From: an uncultured virus (IMG/VR IMGVR_UViG_3300026522_000846)
Taxonomy: Duplodnaviria > Heunggongvirae > Uroviricota > Caudoviricetes
Length of the DNA: 64,000 bases
Direction: 5' to 3' (one strand)
Virus record (IMG/VR): IMGVR_UViG_3300026522_000846
Shown one piece after another: positions 38,668 through 48,156 of this stretch (within the stretch, counting starts at the first letter, position 1; every line of letters begins with the position of its first letter). Under the pieces are notes generated by a model. It had not been told where the DNA came from and did not search any database. It saw only the letters and a list, made by a program, of their open reading frames with translations. The position numbers and the translations under genes were made by a program.

Positions 38668-41600
38668 ATGCGAACAAGAAAAGGAAAACCAAAGACGGTT
38701 TTCAAGACGATCCTGAACATGGCATTGGCGATGAGCATAGTTCTGTCGTCAGTTGCCGTTCCAAACGTGGTAAAGCCAATTACTGCACATGCGAAAGCGT
38801 ATAATACTTTAGGTGGTGGTACAGGTAGCAATTATTACCATTTTTCGTACATTTACGATCCCCAAGGTGATGGTATTGCACTACATATTCATACAAATAG
38901 TAATAATGTAGTTGCGATGAATTATCAGAATGACTTTACTTGTTCACGGTCATTTAACCAAAAACTTGAAATGGAAAATCCAAAATGTACGCATACTCTG
39001 GAAGCTGCTATTGGTGACATGAGTGCAGCAACCGGAAGACAGATTGATGTAAACGGTGTATTAAATGACCTTAGGAAACAAGGCTATTATATCGAAGATG
39101 GGGTTCACCATACGCCGGGTATCTGGAGAATAAAAGACGGAAATGGGTTCCGTTATCTTACTTATCTTGATGGAACAGATTGTCCACCTCTTAATGGTCC
39201 TCATTTTGTAGAGACTAAGCACGCTACCTGTACCGAGAGCGGATACGATCTTTGGTCTGACGGCTCACATAGAAATGTGACCTCACCTCTCGGTCACATC
39301 TGGCCTAAAGAATGGACTGATGTCGGAACTCACCATGAGAAAAAGTGCCAGAGAGAGCAGTATGGATGTAACCATACCCTTCTTGATTCCAAACCGCACA
39401 GATATGAGAAGACTAACGGCTACGACTACATTGACGATAAAAACGATGCCACTCACCACAGGGTGTGCGTGGACTGCGGTCATATCGAGACGGATAATCA
39501 CCATTTTACGAAATGGGAAGACGACTCCACTAGACCCGGATGGCAGATACGTCACTGCGAGGGATGCGGTTACAGGACATGGCGTGATGTTGAACCGCCC
39601 AAGGTGATGATCTATGCATCCAAGTCGGGAAAGTGGACGGCAGGCGATGTAAAGATCACGGTACAGGCATGGGATCAGGGTTCAGGCCTTAAGCTCATTC
39701 GCCTTTACAGAACCAATAAGTACACAAAGGAAGTTCAGCAGGTAAAGTCAGGGGTGTTCAAAGGTCAGACCGACTGGCAGAGCATAACCTTTACCGAGAA
39801 AGAGGAAGGCGAATGGACATACAGTGCTAACGCGTTTGATATGTGGCACAATCTCGGCGAGGGTGTATTCGTAAAGAACGGAAATGAAAAGAAGTCTCTG
39901 CTTGAGACCTATAACAATGCTGACAAGACAAAGAAAAGCACCGATGATGTGAAACTTGACCATAGCGATCCTACGCAGGATGTAAAGCTGAACGGCAAGA
40001 ATGCGAAGTCGACCGTCAAGACGGGAACGCATGAGGTCTATCACCCCGGCGAGGAAGCGACGATCACTGAAAAAAAGACCGTACCGAAAGTTCCTGTATA
40101 TGAAGATGTCGCAGACAAGATAAAAGGCAAAGCTGTGGAAGAGAAGTACAATACCATCACATATAATCTTGACGGCGGCGGGTTCTATGCAGACGCTCCG
40201 ACCGAATACATAAACGGAAAAGAGACCTCCATACCAAATCCTCAAAAGTCAGGCTATAAGTTCGGCGGATGGACAATAAAGTGTGACGGTAAGACAATAA
40301 GGACAGGCGAAAAGGATGCCGTGATCTCGGCAAAGTCTTCTGGTAATCTTGAGTTTACCGCCAAATGGATCGGCACTTACGGAATCATGTTTACAAGCCT
40401 TCCTGATGACACCGAGGGCGAGATGAAGGACATCGGCGTTACGGAGATAGAGATGGGCAAGCCTTATAAGCTTCCCAAGAGCCAGTTCACATCTCGTGGC
40501 TATAGGTTCGTAGGATGGAACACAGCATATGACGGCACAGGAAAGCACATAGATGATGAGGCAACGGTGCAGGATCTGACTGACAGATCCCAGTCGAACG
40601 TCATTCTCTTTGCCGAATGGGAACCGCTCGAATATGACATTGTATATGACATGGGCGGTGGCACGGATGCTGAAAATGCCGAGATCCTGAAATATAATGA
40701 GGAGCATAAGGTTTCGTTTCCCAAAACCCACACCTATGACACCGAGACCATTATTCCGAGACCGGTTCGTAAAGGATATACCTTTGCGGGATGGACTGTG
40801 GATGGAGGAACGGAAGGGTATGCGGATGTGAAGATCAGTTCCAAGTATCAGAAAAATGTATCTTTATCCGCGAAATGGAAGAAAAATGAAGTAAGAGATG
40901 ACAGAATCTTTGAATGGGATACGAATTATGGTCATGTGAAGGCAACCATTGGAGAAATCGTCCGTGCAGACGGAACATTTTATTCTGTAGATACGACAGA
41001 AGATCCCGGTGCAATAGAGAACCACAGAACCGCAACTTGGAACCAGTATCCGAGAACCTATGTCGTTTATGTATCCCTGCCGAGCCAGTTAAGTAACGGT
41101 CGTTATCGTGTCTTTCTTCCTACATGGAAAGATTCAGGAGACACACCCGCCGGATGGGATCAAGGTCAGGATGATCTGATCTGGTACGGTAAGGATGATG
41201 CTGACAGTCTGATTGGTTTTGTTCCGACAATGCCGAATGGTGCGACATGGCCTAGTGCTTATAATTCTCAGTATCGTGCTAGTAGCGGCATCGGTTGGGA
41301 ACGAAATGGCGATCATTTTGATTATGCTCAGCTTATAGATGGATATAGTGATACGACACATAGTTCCAGCTCTGGAGTTACGCAGAATTTCAGATGGGAT
41401 TGGGTATATGATCCAAACGGGGATTGGGTATATAATCCAGACGGCAATATATCTTGGACGCATACCGATCTCTATGTATATGATACGCAGACAAAAAGCA
41501 TACTGCAAAACGCTTACGCACACGTTTCGAACGACTATGTGCGTACTCCACCATGCTTTGGTGAGATGAAGTATCAGCTCCGTGGTCATGTATTTTACAA

Positions 41601-41832
41601 CAATAACGATGGCAGCGACGCAAAGACAGATCGAATTATGGACATCAATATGGACATCATTCGTGCTGATATTCCAGAGCAGATTCGTTCTAATCCGACC
41701 AGAAATGGATATACATTCATTGGTTGGGGAACTTCTGCTACTACGGACACGATCTATAGCAAGTGGAATTGGCGACCACAACGCGATCTGAACTTATATG
41801 CTCAATGGATGCAAAACGCTATTACATTGTAA
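38668..41832 (+). CDS. Secreted adhesin-like protein with Cys/His repeats, InlB B (Listeria-Bacteroides) repeats and a GBS Bsp-like segment; C-terminus lies on an invertible segment
   Basis: Signal peptide; repeated ITYNLDGG...PxKxGYxFxGW...LxAxW; VFLPTW...GQDDLIWY. Confidence 0.85.
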   Translation: MRTRKGKPKTVFKTILNMALAMSIVLSSVAVPNVVKPITAHAKAYNTLGGGTGSNYYHFSYIYDPQGDGIALHIHTNSNNVVAMNYQNDFTCSRSFNQKLEMENPKCTHTLEAAIGDMSAATGRQIDVNGVLNDLRKQGYYIEDGVHHTPGIWRIKDGNGFRYLTYLDGTDCPPLNGPHFVETKHATCTESGYDLWSDGSHRNVTSPLGHIWPKEWTDVGTHHEKKCQREQYGCNHTLLDSKPHRYEKTNGYDYIDDKNDATHHRVCVDCGHIETDNHHFTKWEDDSTRPGWQIRHCEGCGYRTWRDVEPPKVMIYASKSGKWTAGDVKITVQAWDQGSGLKLIRLYRTNKYTKEVQQVKSGVFKGQTDWQSITFTEKEEGEWTYSANAFDMWHNLGEGVFVKNGNEKKSLLETYNNADKTKKSTDDVKLDHSDPTQDVKLNGKNAKSTVKTGTHEVYHPGEEATITEKKTVPKVPVYEDVADKIKGKAVEEKYNTITYNLDGGGFYADAPTEYINGKETSIPNPQKSGYKFGGWTIKCDGKTIRTGEKDAVISAKSSGNLEFTAKWIGTYGIMFTSLPDDTEGEMKDIGVTEIEMGKPYKLPKSQFTSRGYRFVGWNTAYDGTGKHIDDEATVQDLTDRSQSNVILFAEWEPLEYDIVYDMGGGTDAENAEILKYNEEHKVSFPKTHTYDTETIIPRPVRKGYTFAGWTVDGGTEGYADVKISSKYQKNVSLSAKWKKNEVRDDRIFEWDTNYGHVKATIGEIVRADGTFYSVDTTEDPGAIENHRTATWNQYPRTYVVYVSLPSQLSNGRYRVFLPTWKDSGDTPAGWDQGQDDLIWYGKDDADSLIGFVPTMPNGATWPSAYNSQYRASSGIGWERNGDHFDYAQLIDGYSDTTHSSSSGVTQNFRWDWVYDPNGDWVYNPDGNISWTHTDLYVYDTQTKSILQNAYAHVSNDYVRTPPCFGEMKYQLRGHVFYNNNDGSDAKTDRIMDINMDIIRADIPEQIRSNPTRNGYTFIGWGTSATTDTIYSKWNWRPQRDLNLYAQWMQNAITL
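40851..40879 (+). repeat. Left 29-bp inverted repeat of the putative inverton
   Basis: gaaaaatgtatctttatccgcgaaatgga, encoding KNVSLSAKW. Confidence 0.95.
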
Positions 41833-41850
41833 GAATAAAAGAAGAGTATA

Positions 41851-41885
41851 AAAAGAGAGGAGTCTGTAAAAGGCTCCTCTCTTTT
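41851..41885. terminator. Bidirectional terminator between the two alternative C-terminal cassettes
   Basis: aaaagagaggagtc-tgtaaaa-ggctcctctctttt. Confidence 0.85.
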
Positions 41886-41896
41886 TATACATTTCC

Positions 41897-42482
41897 TTAT
41901 AGCGTTATAGATTTTGTACTTGGCGTGATTTCGTCAAGATTTTCAATATAGACAGATGCAGATGTAAACCATACATTCTGTCCACCGGTATATTCACCAG
42001 ATATACCGACAAACCACCAATCCGAGCCAAGGTCTCCTGCCGTTTCCTTAAAAATTGATGTGTTGTTTGGCACAAATGCGATATCGGTCCCATTGATTAC
42101 TATATGTGGTTTGAAGACCGATGGCAGTCCGGTAAGACGAATTGTGAGTTCGTCCAAAGGTGCAAGATCTCCGTGAGTAATCAGGTTATATGCGTAGGAA
42201 TAAGAGCCGTCTTTTCCGTATGCTCCATCCCAACCATAACGAGGACTTGGACCCATCGCAGACGTATAGTATTCAACGTGTGCATTGTCAAAAATCGTTT
42301 CGCTTGTATCGAGCATGAAAGCAATTTTTGAAATATATGTGCCTGAAACCGTACCACCAGAATGCTCAAATCCTACATATCTGGAATCATCGTAGATATC
42401 GACAGTTCCATTTTCTACTTCCGTAAAAACATTCAGCTTTGGAATATTGAGTGTCCATTTCGCGGATAAAGATACATTTTTC
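41897..42482 (-). other. Silent alternative C-terminal coding cassette for the adhesin
   Basis: Open frame from the right inverted repeat: KNVSLSAKW-TLNIPKLNVF...IAF-MLDTSETIF...TKSITL*. Confidence 0.85.
42454..42482 (-). repeat. Right 29-bp inverted repeat of the putative inverton
   Basis: tccatttcgcggataaagatacatttttc is the exact reverse complement of 40851-40879. Confidence 0.95.
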
Positions 42483-42512
42483 CGCGCCTTTACCCATCCT
42501 CATAGAATTACT

Positions 42513-42549
42513 TTCAGAGCAGAGAAAAATCTCTGCTCTGTTTTTTTTG
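42513..42549 (+). terminator. Intrinsic terminator
   Basis: cagagcagag-aaaaat-ctctgctctg followed by T-run. Confidence 0.75.
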
Positions 42550-42637
42550 TTTTTACACATAAAAAAAATGAAAGAAGTTCTGCGAATTTAATTTTTACTC
42601 ATAAAAATAGAAAGAGGCTAGCTAGAAAGAGGCTTTT

Positions 42638-43678
42638 ATGGAATACGAAAGAATATCACAAATTCGGTTGAACGAACTGATAGAACAGGCAAAGACCGCA
42701 GGTCGACCTTTAAATCTGTCAGGGTACGACCTGTCAGGACTGGACTTAAGGAATCTGAATCTGTCCGACGCTGACTTTACGAACACAAAACTTAACAGCA
42801 CGGATTTTGCGGGAGCGTGTCTTAACAGAGCGGATTTTTCAGGTGCTGTTGGGGACTTTGTAATGCTTCATAATGCGGTCGGAACAGGAACATTGTTCTC
42901 CGACGTAAAATTCAGGAACGGTTTTTGTTACGATGCCGACTTTACAAACGCTATCTTTACCAATGCGAGCCTTGTGTCCTGCTGTTGGGAGGGATCAAAT
43001 CTTGACTATTCGTACTTTGACGGAGCGGATCTAAAGAATGCGTCTTTTGGAGAAACATCACTTGAAAGAACCGACTTTACGGGTGCAAACATCACCAATA
43101 CCGATTTCGAAAAAGCTAGGAACGATAGTTACATTACGTTCAAGAACGCAAAAGGGGAATATACAAGCTTCAAAAAAGCTATGTTCGTTAATGCGGACAT
43201 GACAGGTCTTTCTGCAAAACATGCCTGCTTTTCCGGAGCTGACCTCGAAGAAGCCGACTTTACGGGTGCAGACCTTGACTGTGCGTTTGCGTACGGCGTG
43301 AATTTTGCAAGAGCCAACTTCTCAAAAACCAATGTTCACGGCATGGTGTTTTCGAACGCAAATCTCGAAAAGACAACATTCAGAGACGCTGACCTTACAG
43401 GGACACGATTCCAGACGGCAAAGATCGAAGGTGCTGAATTTATGAATGTTGACCTTGCAAGAGCCACATTCAAAGACGTTACCGTAAAGGACACGGAATT
43501 TAAAGACGTAAAGAACTTAAGCCTTGCTGACAATCCAGATTTAGCGGTAGCGGTAACAAGAGACAAAATGTCGCTGTCAGGAGTGGTGCAAAGTGCATTA
43601 AAGACTGTAAACGAAAACAAAGAGTTAAAGACTGAAAGCAAAACAGATGATGAAGAATTGATGTGTGAGAGGAGATAA
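42638..43678 (+). CDS. Pentapeptide repeat protein
   Basis: Continuous ADFTG/ANFSK-type repeats. Confidence 0.9.
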   Translation: MEYERISQIRLNELIEQAKTAGRPLNLSGYDLSGLDLRNLNLSDADFTNTKLNSTDFAGACLNRADFSGAVGDFVMLHNAVGTGTLFSDVKFRNGFCYDADFTNAIFTNASLVSCCWEGSNLDYSYFDGADLKNASFGETSLERTDFTGANITNTDFEKARNDSYITFKNAKGEYTSFKKAMFVNADMTGLSAKHACFSGADLEEADFTGADLDCAFAYGVNFARANFSKTNVHGMVFSNANLEKTTFRDADLTGTRFQTAKIEGAEFMNVDLARATFKDVTVKDTEFKDVKNLSLADNPDLAVAVTRDKMSLSGVVQSALKTVNENKELKTESKTDDEELMCERR

Positions 43679-43679
43679 G

Positions 43680-44672
43680 ATGACTTTTGATGAGCACATA
43701 ACGCAGGAAATAGTCAATAATGAAATCGAACGGCATAAGCACTGGCTGAATCGTGACTGCGAGGGTTGGGAAGAAATGCGGGGCGACTTCAGAGGGCATG
43801 ACTTTACCGGCATGGACTTTTCAAACGCCGATCTGTCCTTTGCAAGATTTGAGGATGCAACGCTTGAATGTGACACCTTCAGGAACACGAACCTTTACGG
43901 AGCTGACTTTACAGGCGTGATAGGTGACAGTATCGACTTCACGAATGTTAATGCGGAAGAGGCGAACTTTACGAACGCATGGCTCGACAATACGGATTAT
44001 TCAGGAGCGAACCTCAAAAACTCAAAGTTTGTTGCAGCCGAGATGAACTTCTGTAATTTCACAAAAGCTGATATGACAGGCGTTGACGGACACTGCGATC
44101 CTCCGCATGACTGCTATGAGATGGAAGATCAGGGACTGACAAATGATGATGTTAAACGAATGCGGACGTATTTTGATGACTGTATGTTTGCGTTCACAAA
44201 GATGAATGGTGCTAATTTGAAAGACGCATTCGTTCGTAATACCGACTTTCATAATGCTGAAATGAATAACGTCAACCTGCATTCCGCAAACCTCTGGAAT
44301 TCACGATTCAAGAGCGTGACGGCGAAGAACATGGATATTTCCAATACGACACTAGACCATGCAAAGATACACGACTGCGACTTCGAGGGCGTTAACGTCA
44401 AGTGTGCCGAAGGAAAGTATGTTGATTTTTCAAATACGAACCTTACCAATGCAACATTTGTTGATGCAAGGATAGAGTATTCGACATTCGACAGGACTGA
44501 CATGACAAAGACCAATGTAACGTCAGCACATATAGCAGAAGCTACCGTGATCGATTCTAATTTTGAAAGCGAAACAAGCAAAAATGCTTTTTGTCTTGAC
44601 GCAAAACTTATTGCAAACTCGAACGGATTTGTCCGGGGAGAGAGAAGACCGTATGGGCAGATGCAAAGATAG
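43680..44672 (+). CDS. Pentapeptide repeat protein
   Basis: AGGAG RBS; ITQEIVNNEIERHKHWLNRDCEGWEE cap followed by repeats. Confidence 0.9.
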   Translation: MTFDEHITQEIVNNEIERHKHWLNRDCEGWEEMRGDFRGHDFTGMDFSNADLSFARFEDATLECDTFRNTNLYGADFTGVIGDSIDFTNVNAEEANFTNAWLDNTDYSGANLKNSKFVAAEMNFCNFTKADMTGVDGHCDPPHDCYEMEDQGLTNDDVKRMRTYFDDCMFAFTKMNGANLKDAFVRNTDFHNAEMNNVNLHSANLWNSRFKSVTAKNMDISNTTLDHAKIHDCDFEGVNVKCAEGKYVDFSNTNLTNATFVDARIEYSTFDRTDMTKTNVTSAHIAEATVIDSNFESETSKNAFCLDAKLIANSNGFVRGERRPYGQMQR

Positions 44673-44707
44673 AATCAATTTTTATTAAATCAAAGAGGTA
44701 ACAAATT

Positions 44708-45652
44708 ATGGGAAAGAAAACAGTAGTAACACAGAAGAACATCGATGCAATAATAGAAAATCATCAGCTTTATCTTGATGACCGTGTTGAAAATATCAAC
44801 TTTCGTGCGGTTTTTTCAAACATGAAGTCTTATGGTAAGAGAACAGAAGAATGCCGACACCTTGACTTCAGTAACAAAGATCTCACTCATGCCGAGTTTG
44901 AGAACGTAAAATTTCCGCACTCCAACTTCTCGGGTACTAATCTTTTCTGTGCAACATTCAAGAACTGTGTCTTTGATGAGTCGGACTTCAGCAAGACCGA
45001 TATGAGCCATGTGACATTCATCGACTGTCAGATGAGAGATTGTTCTTTCAGGAATGCAACACTTTATGATACCTCGTTCATATCCTGTGGTAAGAGACCG
45101 CTTGACTTTACAGGGAGTAACTTTGACGGCGTAGATTTTACTCATTCAGAGTTAGATGACGCACTTTTCCGGAGTTGCAGCTTCGACAAGACCGACTTCA
45201 CCGAATGTAATGTCGTCAAGTGTGATTTTTCGTACAGCAAGTCGGAAAGTGCGAAATTCTATACTTCCACATGGGATAGAGTCAATATGCGTGGAATGCT
45301 ATTAGATGAGCCGTATTTCATTTATACCTCATTATGCAACGTAAACATGAGAGAATGTGGTGTCATCTCTCCACATATACATGATACGGTCTGCATACTG
45401 AATGGCGATCATGTCACACTCGATGAGCTGATAAAGCGAAAGAAACATTCGGGTGCAGGTGATGGTGGTGACGTTGACGGTGGCATGGGCGAGAAAGAGC
45501 ATATCATGATCCTTGTTCCCAAAAAGAAAGAGGAAGAGAAACATGAAGACTTCCCGAAAGAACAGGATGACACATATGACTATCTCTTTAGACGAGCCAT
45601 GATTGAAGAAATTGAAGAAGAACACGAAGATGAGGAGGACTGGGAACGATGA
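44708..45652 (+). CDS. Pentapeptide repeat protein with acidic tail (..EEDWER)
   Basis: VTQKNIDAIIENHQLYL cap followed by repeats. Confidence 0.9.
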   Translation: MGKKTVVTQKNIDAIIENHQLYLDDRVENINFRAVFSNMKSYGKRTEECRHLDFSNKDLTHAEFENVKFPHSNFSGTNLFCATFKNCVFDESDFSKTDMSHVTFIDCQMRDCSFRNATLYDTSFISCGKRPLDFTGSNFDGVDFTHSELDDALFRSCSFDKTDFTECNVVKCDFSYSKSESAKFYTSTWDRVNMRGMLLDEPYFIYTSLCNVNMRECGVISPHIHDTVCILNGDHVTLDELIKRKKHSGAGDGGDVDGGMGEKEHIMILVPKKKEEEKHEDFPKEQDDTYDYLFRRAMIEEIEEEHEDEEDWER

Positions 45653-46725
45653 CTGTAAGGAAAGTGAAAATCATAGATGGCACCGATATTAATATAAAGA
45701 AAGAGGTCGAGGACTATCTTTCGTATGCCTATGAAAACGACATAACACCAATACTGGATAAAGACGAAGACGGAAATTACGTTTACAAGTTCTATGCTGA
45801 CTATCGGGATGAACTGAGCGACCATGACATGGCAAATATTCTGGAGAACGATAATCCGGAAAGGTCTGTCTTGGAAGAATTATTATGGGACGCCTATGGT
45901 GAAAGTTGCATGAAAGTCTTGGACGAATTAAACGATAAAGCAACCGCTTATATTGAAGAGAAGTATAGAACAGCTCTCGGAAATGAGACCATTGAACTAG
46001 ATGATGATGAACGTCAGCAGGTCCGTGACATCATCGAAGACCATGTTTGCATAGACTATGATATGGACCACTACCTCGATCAGGATGTCAACATCGACCT
46101 TGCTATTGACACCGGCGATGGGAATTACGACTACTCATTGAACTGTACTTATCCTGCCTATGGTGGCAGCGAAACGATCGATCCTCATAGCAGCCTTGCC
46201 TTTCTTGCAGAATCCCAAGGGTATTCATTGGACGACCTTCAGAAGGCATTACAGAAGGGTGACGTTGCCTACCCCAATGGATTCTTAGAATCCGTCCAAC
46301 AGGAAGTTGCCAATGAAACCAGTTCCATCAATCGTCTGACGGTACTTCTTCGAATGCCCCTGCGGGATGCAATCAAGGTCAACGAACTAGTTCACAAAGC
46401 AGAGCAGACCGGAGGATATGAATACTATCCTTGGAAACGCCCTGACTGTGGCAGTCTCACGATTGGGAAGAATGCGACCCTTGGTCTGTTTGACCCCTGG
46501 AATGGTGGTGGTTCGACCTTCGAGATAGAACTGGAAAAGGATCTGGAGCTTCCGATCAAGTATGTCCACTCGGCTATGCCGGACGTGAAACAGCGTGGCG
46601 AATACTCCATACAGGAGGTCTACGGAATGTGCGGTTCGGCATGGGGTGAAGACCTGAAATCTATCAACGAACCAAAGGGACGGACAGAGGAGCAGACCGA
46701 AGAGGAAGAGGAAGAGAGGGGGTAA
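45649..46725 (+). CDS. Very acidic hypothetical protein
   Basis: Coupled ORF; LGLFDPWNGGGSTFEIELEKD; ends EEEEERG. Confidence 0.75.
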   Translation: MTVRKVKIIDGTDINIKKEVEDYLSYAYENDITPILDKDEDGNYVYKFYADYRDELSDHDMANILENDNPERSVLEELLWDAYGESCMKVLDELNDKATAYIEEKYRTALGNETIELDDDERQQVRDIIEDHVCIDYDMDHYLDQDVNIDLAIDTGDGNYDYSLNCTYPAYGGSETIDPHSSLAFLAESQGYSLDDLQKALQKGDVAYPNGFLESVQQEVANETSSINRLTVLLRMPLRDAIKVNELVHKAEQTGGYEYYPWKRPDCGSLTIGKNATLGLFDPWNGGGSTFEIELEKDLELPIKYVHSAMPDVKQRGEYSIQEVYGMCGSAWGEDLKSINEPKGRTEEQTEEEEEERG

Positions 46726-46821
46726 ACCTCTCTCTACCTTTTGTTTTTAATTTTATTCATAAAATAATACGAGAACAAAAAAGAATTGTTTGCCCTTAAA
46801 GGCAAAAGAAAGTGTGAAGAT

Positions 46822-48033
46822 ATGAAAACCATAAGTGATGAAGAACTGAAAAAGATAATAGAGGATCATCAGCACTATCTCAAAAAGGATGTTCCGAACT
46901 GGGAAAGCATGAAAGCAGACTTTACGGACATGGATCTGTCCGGAAAAGACCTGTCAGGTCAGGATCTGACCGAAGCAACATTCAATAGAACACGTTTAGC
47001 CGATGCTGACCTTACAAACTCTAATCTTTCCCGCACCGTAATAAACAATGTTTATGCGGATGGAGCAAAACTTAACGGCGTTACTATGGATCATACAATG
47101 ATATTTGATTCTGCATTCAGGAATGCTGACCTGACCGATGCAACAATATCCAACGGATCTAAAATAGGAAAATCCGCATTTACCAATGCGGACTTTACCA
47201 ATGCAAATATCTCTGCGACAAAGATCATCAAAGATAATTTTTCAGGCAGTAAATTCATACATGCTACGATCAGAGACATTGAAGAAATTGAAGAAAAGGA
47301 TCGCACAGAGATTTCCGACTCCAAATTCAAGAAGGCTGACCTCACCAATACCAAAATCAATGGTGTTGAAATCAGCGACACCAACTTCACAGGTGCAAAG
47401 CATATCAATACTGCCGAGTTTACAGGCAGTACTATCGCCGGTGCTATTGTTGATAAGGCGACCGATAACGAAATATTGAGTAAGATCAATCGGGAAGATG
47501 CCGGTTTCAATTATAGCAAACATTATACCGTAAAGGATGTTATCACAAAGACGCTCAACACCAATCCCATCTATCAGACTGTAAGAAAGCACGCACAGAA
47601 CTTCGTTAATACTGCTATTACTTACGGCAAACATGTGTATGACAGACTTGCGAGTATGGTAAAGGGAATGGGGAAAGCCATCTCCCACGTTCCTATTCAT
47701 GCACGGCTTGCCGTTGCACATATTAACAAGTTCGGCACAAGCGTTGACAGGTTCAAGAACGAGATTATGGCAAAGATAAACAATGCCGAAAGAGGTCTTC
47801 TTTCAAAGACTGCCAATAAGATGAAGGAATACCTTGATGGTGAAGCCTCAAGGTATGCAGAGTATGCAAATGCGTATGATGAGAAAAAGGGCAACAACAC
47901 CATCAGGGGAAACAATCTCGATAAAAAGATCGAGTCTCTCCAGTCGCAGTTAAAGGATAATAAGGAAGAGCCAACGCCAGATGTACCAGATGGATCAGAT
48001 AGAGATGAAGAAGATTATGGACTCGAACTTTGA
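46822..48033 (+). CDS. Pentapeptide repeat protein with helical C-terminal extension
   Basis: ISDEELKKIIEDHQHYLKKDVPNWES cap followed by repeats. Confidence 0.9.
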   Translation: MKTISDEELKKIIEDHQHYLKKDVPNWESMKADFTDMDLSGKDLSGQDLTEATFNRTRLADADLTNSNLSRTVINNVYADGAKLNGVTMDHTMIFDSAFRNADLTDATISNGSKIGKSAFTNADFTNANISATKIIKDNFSGSKFIHATIRDIEEIEEKDRTEISDSKFKKADLTNTKINGVEISDTNFTGAKHINTAEFTGSTIAGAIVDKATDNEILSKINREDAGFNYSKHYTVKDVITKTLNTNPIYQTVRKHAQNFVNTAITYGKHVYDRLASMVKGMGKAISHVPIHARLAVAHINKFGTSVDRFKNEIMAKINNAERGLLSKTANKMKEYLDGEASRYAEYANAYDEKKGNNTIRGNNLDKKIESLQSQLKDNKEEPTPDVPDGSDRDEEDYGLEL

Positions 48034-48085
48034 GTATCATTATTACCCCGATAGAATAAAAAAGCCTGTTCAACACTAAATAAAT

Positions 48086-48128
48086 AAAGACCTATCAGCA
48101 GAGAAATATCTGTTGGTAGGTCTTTTTA
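48086..48128. terminator. Bidirectional terminator where the two gene blocks converge
   Basis: aaagacctatcagcaga-gaaata-tctgttggtaggtcttttt. Confidence 0.85.
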
Positions 48129-48156
48129 ATTGAGAGTAGAGTGGGAGAGGAGAGAA

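Noticed and set aside
41897..42316. Independent 139-aa gene starting at MLDTSE
   Set aside because: No RBS before that ATG; the frame is open back to the inverted repeat, fitting a silent cassette
38668..42482. Diversity-generating retroelement acting on the adhesin
   Set aside because: No reverse transcriptase and no template/variable repeat pair with adenine-specific mismatches seen; the 29-bp inverted repeat explains the layout
42447..42671. 74-aa plus-strand ORF
   Set aside because: Runs across the inverted repeat, a terminator and promoter-like motifs
16809..48033. Calling the pentapeptide proteins qnr resistance genes
   Set aside because: They are longer than Qnr, carry a distinct N-terminal cap, and Qnr-specific features cannot be verified by eye
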